NCBI GenBank assembly: GCA_043825875.1
Contig: JBDRRF010000053.1
Coordinates: forward strand, 1 to 34,108
Direction: 5' to 3'
Length of the DNA: 34,108 nt
Source of the DNA: Pseudomonadota bacterium
GTDB lineage: Bacteria; Desulfobacterota; Desulfobacteria; Desulfobacterales; RPRI01
Shown in pieces: positions 1-8,400 of this stretch (its first letter is position 1; each line of letters starts with the position of its first letter). The notes below the pieces were generated by a model. It saw only the letters and a list, made by a program, of their open reading frames with translations. It did not search any database and had not been told where the DNA came from. The translations under genes and the position numbers were made by a program.

Positions 1-136
1 AACCATGTCAAGCATTATTTTCTATTTTCAGTCACTACATTGGCTTTTCGACAAACCGCATACTATAATATCAAATAGTTAGATAGTTATGACCGCCAAA
101 TATAATAGATTTTTGCCTGTTTTTGTCGAACTTGGG
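1..136 (-). mobile_element. Probable left end of an insertion sequence (IS1634-like), truncated by the contig edge
   Basis: The minus strand begins CCCAAGTTCGACAAA (136-122), with an internal inverted copy TTCGACAAA at 47-55. It also has a perfect IHF consensus TATCAAATAGTTA at 69-81, a TGTAGTGAC motif at 39-31 and TTGACA at 11-6 pointing off the contig. The family call rests on recalled resemblance only; no transposase lies inside the window. Confidence 0.45.
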
Positions 137-614
137 TTAACGTATGTCCCCATACCTAAGCCCCCCTATTCTTCTATGGCCTAATTGGTCGGCGCCGAAC
201 AGTTGTGATAGATGTAAAATTTGGCATTGAATTTTCCATGTTGGTATCTCAATATTAAATAACATGGAAAATATAGAAAAAATGCGGATTGAAGAACCCG
301 CAGTATTGTGTTTATAAAATGTTGATCGTTTTGTTTTAGATTGAATCATACCCAGTTCCTGAACTGAACAACTTGTTATAAACAATTGTCTGAATCTGAA
401 TATTTTAGAATAGTTAAAGCATAAAAACACTATTCATCATGGTATGTCAATAATTTTTTAGAAGCATTTTTTGGAACATTGGGTAATCGTTTTTGTTTTT
501 AATATATATCAAGGGATGTACTGAACTTTGCCCAATATCTTATGCGGGACAGGAGGCAAAAAAGTGACCGGGTTGGTTCAAATTGGCTGTATATCGAAAG
601 CAGATCTTTTATTA

Positions 615-1055
615 TCAAAAAGGTTTCACCTCAATGATTTCAACCACTACTCCCATCAGGTCATATGTATCCAAATAGGCTGCTTTAACATGACCCATAT
701 GGGGAACATCAGCCTCAACCCGCATTAGAATCTCAATTCCAATACTTTCTGCCCTTTTTAACACTTCGTCACATTCGTCTGTCATAAAGCCGAGATGCTG
801 TACGCCTTCCCCGTGTTTCTCCAAAAAGTCCCTGTGGAATGTTTCGCCACTGTCCCCCTCGATTAACTCCAATGCCAATTGGGGAGTGAGCTGAGTAGTT
901 GCGATCTTCCCATGAGGAATATCGAGAATGGTAAAAGGACCGATACCGATGGCCTTTTCATAATTTTCAATACTCTTGGACAGATCTCGAACTACAAAGC
1001 CGATCTGGGCTATTTGACCCAGATTCAGCGATTTTTTAAGCTGTTCTTGGTTCAT
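615..1055 (-). CDS. VOC/glyoxalase superfamily protein (methylmalonyl-CoA epimerase-like)
   Basis: Motifs QIGFVVRD, LELIE, FLEKHGEGVQHLGF and VVEIIE; GGAGG RBS upstream. Confidence 0.85.
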   Translation of the reverse strand: MNQEQLKKSLNLGQIAQIGFVVRDLSKSIENYEKAIGIGPFTILDIPHGKIATTQLTPQLALELIEGDSGETFHRDFLEKHGEGVQHLGFMTDECDEVLKRAESIGIEILMRVEADVPHMGHVKAAYLDTYDLMGVVVEIIEVKPF

Positions 1056-1265
1056 GGAATCCTCCGTATAAATAAAAATGCAATTATTTTGTAAAAATAC
1101 ATTGGCATATTCTTAAATAGCCATTAAAATGTTTAATGAAAATTATCTGATATCTCTACGGCTTCGTATCTTTCACATTTCCACATTATAAGGCAATGGA
1201 ATCGTATCTTAAATATTCTATGAAATAAATATATAAGATGCGACTTTGGGCGGTTTTAAACAGGA

Positions 1266-1430
1266 GAGCCACTTTCAAAACGTTTCAGTTTGGTCAAGCT
1301 CAAGGCGGGAGAAAATTTCAACCACAGGAATACATCAAGTATTTTGAGGATAGCGCTAAAGCTTCACTTTGTGCGAAATTTGAGCCCAACGCTTAAGATC
1401 GGCCAAAATGGGGCGTTTTGAAACTGGCTC
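1266..1430 (+). mobile_element. MITE-like repeat, copy 1 (165 bp)
   Basis: Terminal inverted repeats GAGCCACTTTCAAAACG...CGTTTTGAAACTGGCTC, flanked by an AGGA direct repeat (1262-1265, 1431-1434). Near-identical to 10646-10810 and 33967-34108. Confidence 0.9.
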
Positions 1431-1445
1431 AGGAGGATAAGGCAT

Positions 1446-1928
1446 ATGACAGAGTCTATAAGTTTTACACTGAATGAAAAACCTGTAACCATAAAAACAG
1501 ACGGTGAGCGGAATTTGCTTTGGGTGTTGCGCTCCGATCTGGGCATCACCGGGCCTAAATACGGTTGTGGTGAGGGTATCTGCGGCTCATGTACCATACT
1601 TGTGGACAATGCACCTGTTAGATCCTGCCAGATGCAGATCAAAGATGTCAATGGTTCGGCAGTTACAACCATTGAAGGGCTTGAAAAAGACGGCTTACTC
1701 CATCCTTTGCAAAAAGCTTTCATAGCGCATGACGCGCTGCAATGCGGATATTGCACACCCGGAATGATTCTTACCGCTTATGGCCTTTTGTCTGATAACC
1801 CCGAACCTACACGTGCCGAAATTCTTGCCGCAATGGAAGATAATCTTTGCCGCTGCGGCGCTCATAAAAGGATTGTCGAGGCCATTCAAACCGCGGCAAA
1901 AGAGATGAAAGGAGGACGATCGCTATGA
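1446..1928 (+). CDS. (2Fe-2S)-binding small subunit of a xanthine-oxidase-family molybdoenzyme (IorA/CoxS-like)
   Basis: KYGCGEGICGSCT, QCGYCTPG and NLCRCG motifs; AGGAGG RBS at 1431-1436. Confidence 0.95.
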   Translation: MTESISFTLNEKPVTIKTDGERNLLWVLRSDLGITGPKYGCGEGICGSCTILVDNAPVRSCQMQIKDVNGSAVTTIEGLEKDGLLHPLQKAFIAHDALQCGYCTPGMILTAYGLLSDNPEPTRAEILAAMEDNLCRCGAHKRIVEAIQTAAKEMKGGRSL

Positions 1929-4090
1929 AACAGGAACAGATCATAGATCATGAGAAGCAGTCCACATCGTCATTATCTTTAAACCGCCGCCAGTTTTTAA
2001 AACAAATGGGAATATGGGGTGGGGGGATTATTGTCTATTTTAGTGTTGGAGATCTTGATGCATGGGCACGAATGAAGCGGGAAGGCTTTTTGAGTGCGAA
2101 AATACCAACTGATTATAATGCCTTTTTAAAAATTGGAACAGATGGAAGAGTTACATGCCTTACCGGAAAAATTGAAATGGGCCAGGGGCCTATTACTTCC
2201 CTGCCCCAGATGCTGGCAGAGGAACTTGATATAGCCTATGATTCTATAAATTTGATCATGGGTGATACGAATCTGTGCCCATGGGATGTTGGAACGTTTG
2301 GTTCTCTTTCTACCCGCCACTTTGGGATTGTGTTAAGAGAAGCAGCAAGCGAAGCAAAAGGTGTATTAAAGGAGCTTGCATCTGAAACTCTTAAATGCCC
2401 GATAGAGAGTCTTGAAACTAAAAACGGTGTTGTTTATGATAAAACCCGGCCAGGTCATAAGGTAACATATGCAAAGCTTGCCAAAGGAAAAACCATTGAA
2501 AGACATTTAAAAGATGCGCCACCTTTAAAACAGCCTGCCGAATATTCAATTATGGGCAAATCCTTTTTGCGCGTGGATTCAAGAGAAAAGGTTACGGGCA
2601 AAGCCAAATATGCAGGAGATATTCGACTGCCGGGCATGCTGTATGCTTCTATTGTAAGGCCGCCTGCTCACGGTGCAAAGCTTAAAAACATCGATGTTTC
2701 TAAAGCGAAAGAGATGAAAGATGTGCTTGTGGTTAAAGATGGGGATTTGACGGCTGTTTTGCATAAATATCCGGATATGGCGGATATGGCCTTATCGAAA
2801 ATAAAGACAGAGTATGATTTGCCCAAAACCGGAGTGGATCACGAAACCATCTTTAAACATCTTTTGGCTGTAGCACCCAAAGGGACAATCCCATCTGATA
2901 TCGGTAATCTTGAGACTGGGAAAAAGATGGCTAAAGATATTGTCGAAAAGACCTATCTGAACAGTTATGTGGCCCATGCACCAATGGAAACTCATACGGC
3001 TGTTGCATCATTTGAAAAGGGAAAGTGCACGGTGTGGGCATCCACCCAGACACCCTTTTCAACAAGGGATCGTATTGCCGGCGTGTTGGGTCTTGAACCG
3101 GATAAAGTAAGAATAATCACGCCTTTTGTGGGAGGAGGTTTCGGTGGCAAGGGAGCTCCAGGTGACCAGGCAGTGGAAGCTGCAAGGTTGGCAAAATTAA
3201 CCGGAAAGCCTGTCCAGGTGGCATGGAGCCGTGAAGAAGAGTTTTTTTATGATACCTTCAGGCCTGCAGCAGTAGTTAAAATAATATCCGGCACAGACGA
3301 AAACGGCAAAATAGTCTATTGGGATTATAATGTCTTTTTTGCCGGTGAAAGGGGAAGCGAACTTTTTTATGATATTGCTCATCATCGCACCACTGTACGC
3401 GGAGAGTGGATGCAAAACTCCGGGGCACATCCTTTTGCAGTAGGCCCATGGCGCGCACCGGGCAACAATACCAATACTTATGCAAGAGAATTTCATATCA
3501 ATTTGATGGCCGCAAAGGCGGGCATTGATCCTTTGGAATTTCGTCTGAAAAACCTGAAAGATAAACGCATGATACGCGTATTAAAAGCTGCGGCACAAAA
3601 GTTCGGATGGCGTGCATCAAAATCGCCCAGCGGCCGGGGTGTCGGCATATCTTGTGCTATTGATGCCGGAACCTATGTGGCCCATATGGCAGAAGTAAAT
3701 GTGGATAAAAGCACGGGAGCAATTCAGGCCAAACGTGTGGTATGCGCTCAGGATATGGGAGTTGTAGTAAATCCGGAAGGAGCCAAAATTCAGATGGAAG
3801 GCTGTATCACTATGGGTCTTGGTTATGCCCTTACGGAAGAAATCCATTTTAAAGACGGTAAAATTTCTGATCTGAATTTTGACTCATATGAACTTCCGCG
3901 TTTTTCATGGCTGCCCGAAATTGAGACCGTGCTTGTGGATAATGTGGATCTGCCGCCCCAGGGAGGTGGGGAACCGGCCATTGTAGGGATGGGTGCGGTT
4001 TTAGCATCTGCAGTCTTCGATGCAACCGGTGCAAATCTGTTTCAGCTTCCTATGACTCCTGATCGGGTTAAAAAAGCCCTTGAAGTTTGA
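1925..4090 (+). CDS. Molybdopterin-binding large subunit, isoquinoline 1-oxidoreductase beta (IorB)-like, with Tat signal
   Basis: N-terminal LNRRQFLK twin-arginine motif; EMGQG, GGGFGGK, WRAPG and GGGEP motifs; ATGA overlap with the small subunit gene. Confidence 0.92.
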   Translation: MKQEQIIDHEKQSTSSLSLNRRQFLKQMGIWGGGIIVYFSVGDLDAWARMKREGFLSAKIPTDYNAFLKIGTDGRVTCLTGKIEMGQGPITSLPQMLAEELDIAYDSINLIMGDTNLCPWDVGTFGSLSTRHFGIVLREAASEAKGVLKELASETLKCPIESLETKNGVVYDKTRPGHKVTYAKLAKGKTIERHLKDAPPLKQPAEYSIMGKSFLRVDSREKVTGKAKYAGDIRLPGMLYASIVRPPAHGAKLKNIDVSKAKEMKDVLVVKDGDLTAVLHKYPDMADMALSKIKTEYDLPKTGVDHETIFKHLLAVAPKGTIPSDIGNLETGKKMAKDIVEKTYLNSYVAHAPMETHTAVASFEKGKCTVWASTQTPFSTRDRIAGVLGLEPDKVRIITPFVGGGFGGKGAPGDQAVEAARLAKLTGKPVQVAWSREEEFFYDTFRPAAVVKIISGTDENGKIVYWDYNVFFAGERGSELFYDIAHHRTTVRGEWMQNSGAHPFAVGPWRAPGNNTNTYAREFHINLMAAKAGIDPLEFRLKNLKDKRMIRVLKAAAQKFGWRASKSPSGRGVGISCAIDAGTYVAHMAEVNVDKSTGAIQAKRVVCAQDMGVVVNPEGAKIQMEGCITMGLGYALTEEIHFKDGKISDLNFDSYELPRFSWLPEIETVLVDNVDLPPQGGGEPAIVGMGAVLASAVFDATGANLFQLPMTPDRVKKALEV

Positions 4091-4105
4091 TTTTTAAGGC
4101 TGTTT

Positions 4106-4447
4106 TTATATAATATTTGCGGAAACAAAATCTTTAAAATACTTTTGGTCTTTATCAAGGATTTTGACAATACATACTCCGATTCCAACCGTTTTATTAT
4201 CATCATCTATTGCACAAAGATCAGACCAGATAACTTTACCGGAAATTTGTATAACCTCATAATTAGGGGGCGATATTTCTATTGTATATGCTTCGCCCAA
4301 ATGGAGAGCTTCGTCACAGTTTATTGACAGGCCCTGGACACTTATATTATTGATTTCACCCTCAACAACTTTGTTGTTTATTGTAATAGTGGCAGGCCAG
4401 TTTACTTCAACCCTCTGATAATGCCTTCTGTCAACCGGGATACTCAA
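4106..4447 (-). CDS. PilZ domain (c-di-GMP-binding) protein
   Basis: RRHYQR (RxxxR) and NISVQG (D/NxSxxG) motifs; AAGGAG RBS and TTG start. Confidence 0.85.
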   Translation of the reverse strand: MSIPVDRRHYQRVEVNWPATITINNKVVEGEINNISVQGLSINCDEALHLGEAYTIEISPPNYEVIQISGKVIWSDLCAIDDDNKTVGIGVCIVKILDKDQKYFKDFVSANII

Positions 4448-4649
4448 TAGTATATCTCCTTTATTAAAGTGCCAAATTGAATAATCAATGCATATGTTTG
4501 TTTCTATATCAGATTCTAATTTTCTTTCAAGACAATTCGATTGTCCTGTTTTCGGTCTTGCTATTTATTGCTATTTATATGAAGTTATGCAATTAGAGAA
4601 GACCATCCAAATGGTTTGATATGTATTTATTAAGGAGTTTTAATCAGTA

Positions 4650-7241
4650 ATGGAAGAAAAATATCTCCCGGAAATTATAGAAAAAAAGTGGCAGACTAAA
4701 TGGGATGAATCCGGCCTTTTTAAAGTCTGCGAAGACAAAAATAAAGAAAAATATTATCTTCTTGAAATGTTCCCCTACCCTTCAGGGAAAATTCATATGG
4801 GGCATGTGAGAAATTATACTATAGGCGATGTGGTTGCAAGATATAAAAGGATGAAGGGGTTTAATGTTTTGCACCCCATGGGATGGGATGCTTTTGGAAT
4901 GCCCGCTGAAAATGCAGCCATAGCAAACAAAACACATCCTGCGGCATGGACTTATCAAAATATCGATTACATGCGTATGCAGTTAAAACGCATGGGGTTT
5001 TCATATGACTGGGACCGGGAAATTGCTACCTGCAACCCCGATTATTACAGATGGGAACAATGGCTTTTTATAAAAATGTATGAAAGAGGGGATGCCTACA
5101 GAAAAGAGTCTTTTGTGAACTGGTGTGATCCCTGCCAGACTGTTCTTGCAAATGAGCAGGTTGAAGCAGGCATGTGCTGGAGATGCGGCAAACAGGTCCG
5201 TCAGAAAAAGCTTTGGCAATGGTTTTTTAAAATTACAAAATATGCCGAAGATCTTCTTGTACATTGTGATATGCTTGCCGGGTGGCCCGAAAAAGTCACT
5301 TTGATGCAAAAAAACTGGATAGGAAAAAGTATCGGAGCGCAAATAAGGTTTCCGGTTGAAAATATGGATGAAGTTATTCCGGTTTTTACCACCAGACAGG
5401 ATACGGTTTTTGGTGCTACATTTATGTGCCTTGCCCCTGAACACCCTCTTGTAACAAAGCTTTCGAAAAATACAGCAGAAGAAAAGAAAGTATCTGAATT
5501 TGTCGAAAGGATTTCTTTGCAAGACAGGTCGGTAAAGGCGATTGAAGGTTATGAAAAAGAAGGTGTTTTTACAGGAGCCTGGTGCATTAACCCCTTAACA
5601 GGCAGGAGAATGCCCATATATACTGCAAATTTTGCCCTAATGGAATACGGTACAGGTGCAGTAATGTCTGTTCCGGCACATGATCAGAGGGATTTTGATT
5701 TTGCAAAAAAATATGGTCTGGATATTGTGGTTGTTGTTAAACCATGTGACAGTGACCTTGATCCGGCTTTTATGACCCAAGCCTATGTTGATGAAGGAAT
5801 AATGGTAAACTCCGGGCAATTTGACGGTTTGAATAATAAAAAAGCTCTTGATGAAATTGCGTCTTTTCTTGAACAAAAAGGTATTGGTGAAAAAACAGTC
5901 AGTTTCAGACTAAGAGACTGGGGCATTTCAAGACAGAGGTACTGGGGTGCTCCTATACCTATGGTTCATTGTAAAAGCTGCGGTATTGTACCTGCTGATG
6001 AAAAAGATCTTCCAATACTGCTTCCTGAAGATGCCGGTCTGCTTGAAGGCGGGCAGTCTCCTCTTCCTTTGCTTGATTATTTTAAAAAAACAAAATGTCC
6101 AAAATGCGGCAATAAAGATGCAGCAAGGGAAACCGATACTATGGACACCTTTGTTGAATCTTCATGGTATTTTGAGCGCTATTGCAGTCCCAAATTTGAA
6201 GGCGGCCTTTTTGATAAAACGGCGGTTGATTACTGGATGCCTGTTGATCAGTATATAGGTGGAGTTGAACATGCCATTTTGCATCTTTTGTATTCAAGAT
6301 ATTTTACCCGAGTTTTAAAAGATATAGGGCTTGTTGAATTCAAGGAGCCTTTTACCAGACTGTTAACCCAGGGAATGGTGTGCAAAGAGACTGTATCCTG
6401 CCCTGAACATGGTTATTTGTTTCCTGAAGAGGTGGTTGGAGAAGCCGAAAAAATCACATGCTCAAAATGCGGGGATGAAGTTGCAATAGGGCGGGTTGAG
6501 AAAATGTCCAAGTCAAAGAAAAATGTTATTGATCCAAATTTTCTGCTTGAAAGGTACGGAGCCGATACAACCAGACTTTTTTGCCTTTTTGCCGCTCCTC
6601 CCGAACGCGATCTTGAATGGAGTGAACAGGGAGTTGAAGGCGGATACCGGTTTTTGACGCGTGTATGGCGGCTTGTAAATACCTGGGTGGATATAATTAA
6701 GCATATAGAACCGTTTAACGAAGACCCCGGACTTCTCGAAGGAGATTTGAAGGAATTATATCAGAAGACACATCAGACAATTTCAAAAGTAACAAATGAT
6801 ATTGAAAACAGGTTTCATTTTAACACGGCAATCAGCGGAGTAATGGAACTTGTTAATATGATGTATGCCATGGGAACCATCAAAGACTCTCCCGAAAAAG
6901 CAGGTGTAATCAGGTTCGCTATTGAATCGACTGTTTTATTATTATCACCCATTGTTCCTCATTTTTCAGAAGAGCTTTGGGAAGCTCTTGGTTATAAGAC
7001 AAGTATTTTTCTCGCAAAATGGCCGTTATACAGAGAAGATGCACTTTTAAAAGATGAAATTTTAATTGTTGTTCAGGTTAACGGAAAGCTTAGAGGAAAA
7101 TTTTCCATAAGTTCCGATGCAAATGATGATGCAATCAAGGAAAAAGCTTTGTCTGATGAAAATGCCATAAAATTTATCGGTAATAAAAAAATAAAAAAAA
7201 TAATAGTTGTTAAGAGAAAACTTGTTAATATCGTTTTATAA
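4650..7241 (+). CDS. leuS: Leucine--tRNA ligase
   Basis: MFPYPSG, HMGH, editing-domain TTR and [21 protein letters not shown]-terminal VQVNGKLR. Confidence 0.98.
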   Translation: MEEKYLPEIIEKKWQTKWDESGLFKVCEDKNKEKYYLLEMFPYPSGKIHMGHVRNYTIGDVVARYKRMKGFNVLHPMGWDAFGMPAENAAIANKTHPAAWTYQNIDYMRMQLKRMGFSYDWDREIATCNPDYYRWEQWLFIKMYERGDAYRKESFVNWCDPCQTVLANEQVEAGMCWRCGKQVRQKKLWQWFFKITKYAEDLLVHCDMLAGWPEKVTLMQKNWIGKSIGAQIRFPVENMDEVIPVFTTRQDTVFGATFMCLAPEHPLVTKLSKNTAEEKKVSEFVERISLQDRSVKAIEGYEKEGVFTGAWCINPLTGRRMPIYTANFALMEYGTGAVMSVPAHDQRDFDFAKKYGLDIVVVVKPCDSDLDPAFMTQAYVDEGIMVNSGQFDGLNNKKALDEIASFLEQKGIGEKTVSFRLRDWGISRQRYWGAPIPMVHCKSCGIVPADEKDLPILLPEDAGLLEGGQSPLPLLDYFKKTKCPKCGNKDAARETDTMDTFVESSWYFERYCSPKFEGGLFDKTAVDYWMPVDQYIGGVEHAILHLLYSRYFTRVLKDIGLVEFKEPFTRLLTQGMVCKETVSCPEHGYLFPEEVVGEAEKITCSKCGDEVAIGRVEKMSKSKKNVIDPNFLLERYGADTTRLFCLFAAPPERDLEWSEQGVEGGYRFLTRVWRLVNTWVDIIKHIEPFNEDPGLLEGDLKELYQKTHQTISKVTNDIENRFHFNTAISGVMELVNMMYAMGTIKDSPEKAGVIRFAIESTVLLLSPIVPHFSEELWEALGYKTSIFLAKWPLYREDALLKDEILIVVQVNGKLRGKFSISSDANDDAIKEKALSDENAIKFIGNKKIKKIIVVKRKLVNIVL

Positions 7242-7257
7242 AATTAAAGGAGCAGCT

Positions 7258-7770
7258 TTGATAAAAACACGCCTATTGATATTAATTACAGCTATTGCAG
7301 GGTTATTTTTTTATGGTTGCGGGTATAAATTTGCCGGAAGCGGTGAATTGCCGGCTTCCGTTAAAAAGGTGACAGTTTCAGTTCTGGAGAATAAAACCGC
7401 AGAAAGCGGAATTGAAAACATCATTACAAACGATATTATCTATGAGTTCACAAGGCATGGTAAAATTGTTGCAAAGAAAGATGAAGCGGACGCATTCTTA
7501 TACGGAACTGTAGAAACTGCAAGCGATGTGGCGATTTCACGCAGCAGTACCATAACTTCTCTTGAAAGACGGGTTGTAGTTGTTATCAGTTTAAAACTAA
7601 AAGGCAAAGACGGCAATATTATCTGGACAGGCTCAAATATTTCAGATGACCAGGCATTCACCGTGTTATCTGACAAGCTTGCTACTGAAAATGAAATGCG
7701 TAAGGCAATTGAGATTCTTTCAAAAAGACTTGCAGAAAAAGTATACAATAAGCTTACGGATAATTTTTAG
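7258..7770 (+). CDS. lptE: LPS assembly lipoprotein LptE
   Basis: Directly follows leuS. Signal peptide with lipobox-like FYGC then GYKFAG. TTG start at 7258 follows AAGGAG; the ORF-track start at 7207 overlaps leuS. Confidence 0.8.
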   Translation: MIKTRLLILITAIAGLFFYGCGYKFAGSGELPASVKKVTVSVLENKTAESGIENIITNDIIYEFTRHGKIVAKKDEADAFLYGTVETASDVAISRSSTITSLERRVVVVISLKLKGKDGNIIWTGSNISDDQAFTVLSDKLATENEMRKAIEILSKRLAEKVYNKLTDNF

Positions 7771-7896
7771 ATTATATGAATTGTAAGCAGGTTATGCATG
7801 CCAACAAGATATTTATATATACAGCCATTGTCTTAAGGCCGAAGGCAAATAATTTACAGCCTGGGAAAAGTTAGTACTATTTGATTTTATTTGAAA

Positions 7897-7938
7897 CGGC
7901 GGGAGAGACAAGGCTTTTTCCCGCCGAACAATTTTTTT
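7897..7938. terminator. Probable bidirectional intrinsic terminator between convergent lptE and rpsT
   Basis: CGGCGGGA (7897-7904) / TCCCGCCG (7919-7926) stem, followed by a T-run on the + strand and TTTC on the - strand. Confidence 0.65.
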
Positions 7939-8199
7939 TTACGAAGGTATAAGTTTTGACAGGCGGGATATTTTACGGGCGGCGGTTCTTTTATGTATCA
8001 CACCTTTTTTTGCCGCTTTATCGATAATAGACTTTGCGGTGTTCAGTCCTTTTGATAAAGACTCTTTGTTTTCATTATTGCTCGCAGTTGCTCTGATATC
8101 TTTTACGACATTTTTTATTCTTGTTTTTGTAGATTTATTGCGCAAGCGTCTTATTTCATCTTGCCGTACACGTTTTAAAGCAGATTTATGATTGGCCAA
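7939..8199 (-). CDS. rpsT: 30S ribosomal protein S20
   Basis: MANHKSALKR...KGVIHKRTAARKISRL; TTG start with AGGAG RBS. Confidence 0.98.
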   Translation of the reverse strand: MANHKSALKRVRQDEIRRLRNKSTKTRIKNVVKDIRATASNNENKESLSKGLNTAKSIIDKAAKKGVIHKRTAARKISRLSKLIPS

Positions 8200-8237
8200 A
8201 TTTATGACTCCTTTTGTTAGTTTTTTTTAGAGCGCAT

Positions 8238-8266
8238 TTTATACAAAATGAGCTATTATCTGTCAA
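8238..8266 (-). promoter_or_regulatory. sigma70-type promoter for rpsT
   Basis: Minus strand TTGACA-17 nt-TATAAA, about 40 bp upstream of the rpsT start. Confidence 0.65.
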
Positions 8267-8400
8267 GTAATATTAACTTAAATATAGATGATTTTGCAAT
8301 ATGTTTTATGTTTTTAATCAAAATAAGCCTAAATATAGTACATTAATTGCAATAACACCTTATTTATATATAAAGATTCAAATTTAATTTGATAAGTTAG

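Noticed and set aside
137..430. 97 aa minus-strand ORF
   Set aside because: No RBS or recognisable motifs, atypical composition; probably non-coding or decayed DNA.
1100..1120. TTGGCAT as a sigma54 -24 box (also TGGCAC near 4470 and TGGCAT near 7800)
   Set aside because: No TTGC at the required -12 spacing.
1364..1756. 130 aa minus-strand ORF
   Set aside because: Antisense shadow of the 2Fe-2S gene running into the MITE.
1925..4090. Selenocysteine read-through in redox genes
   Set aside because: The ORFs are full length with no internal TGA.
5001..5522. 173 aa minus-strand ORF and other short ORFs nested in leuS, murJ, metG, holB and lptD
   Set aside because: They overlap well-supported genes and show no motifs.
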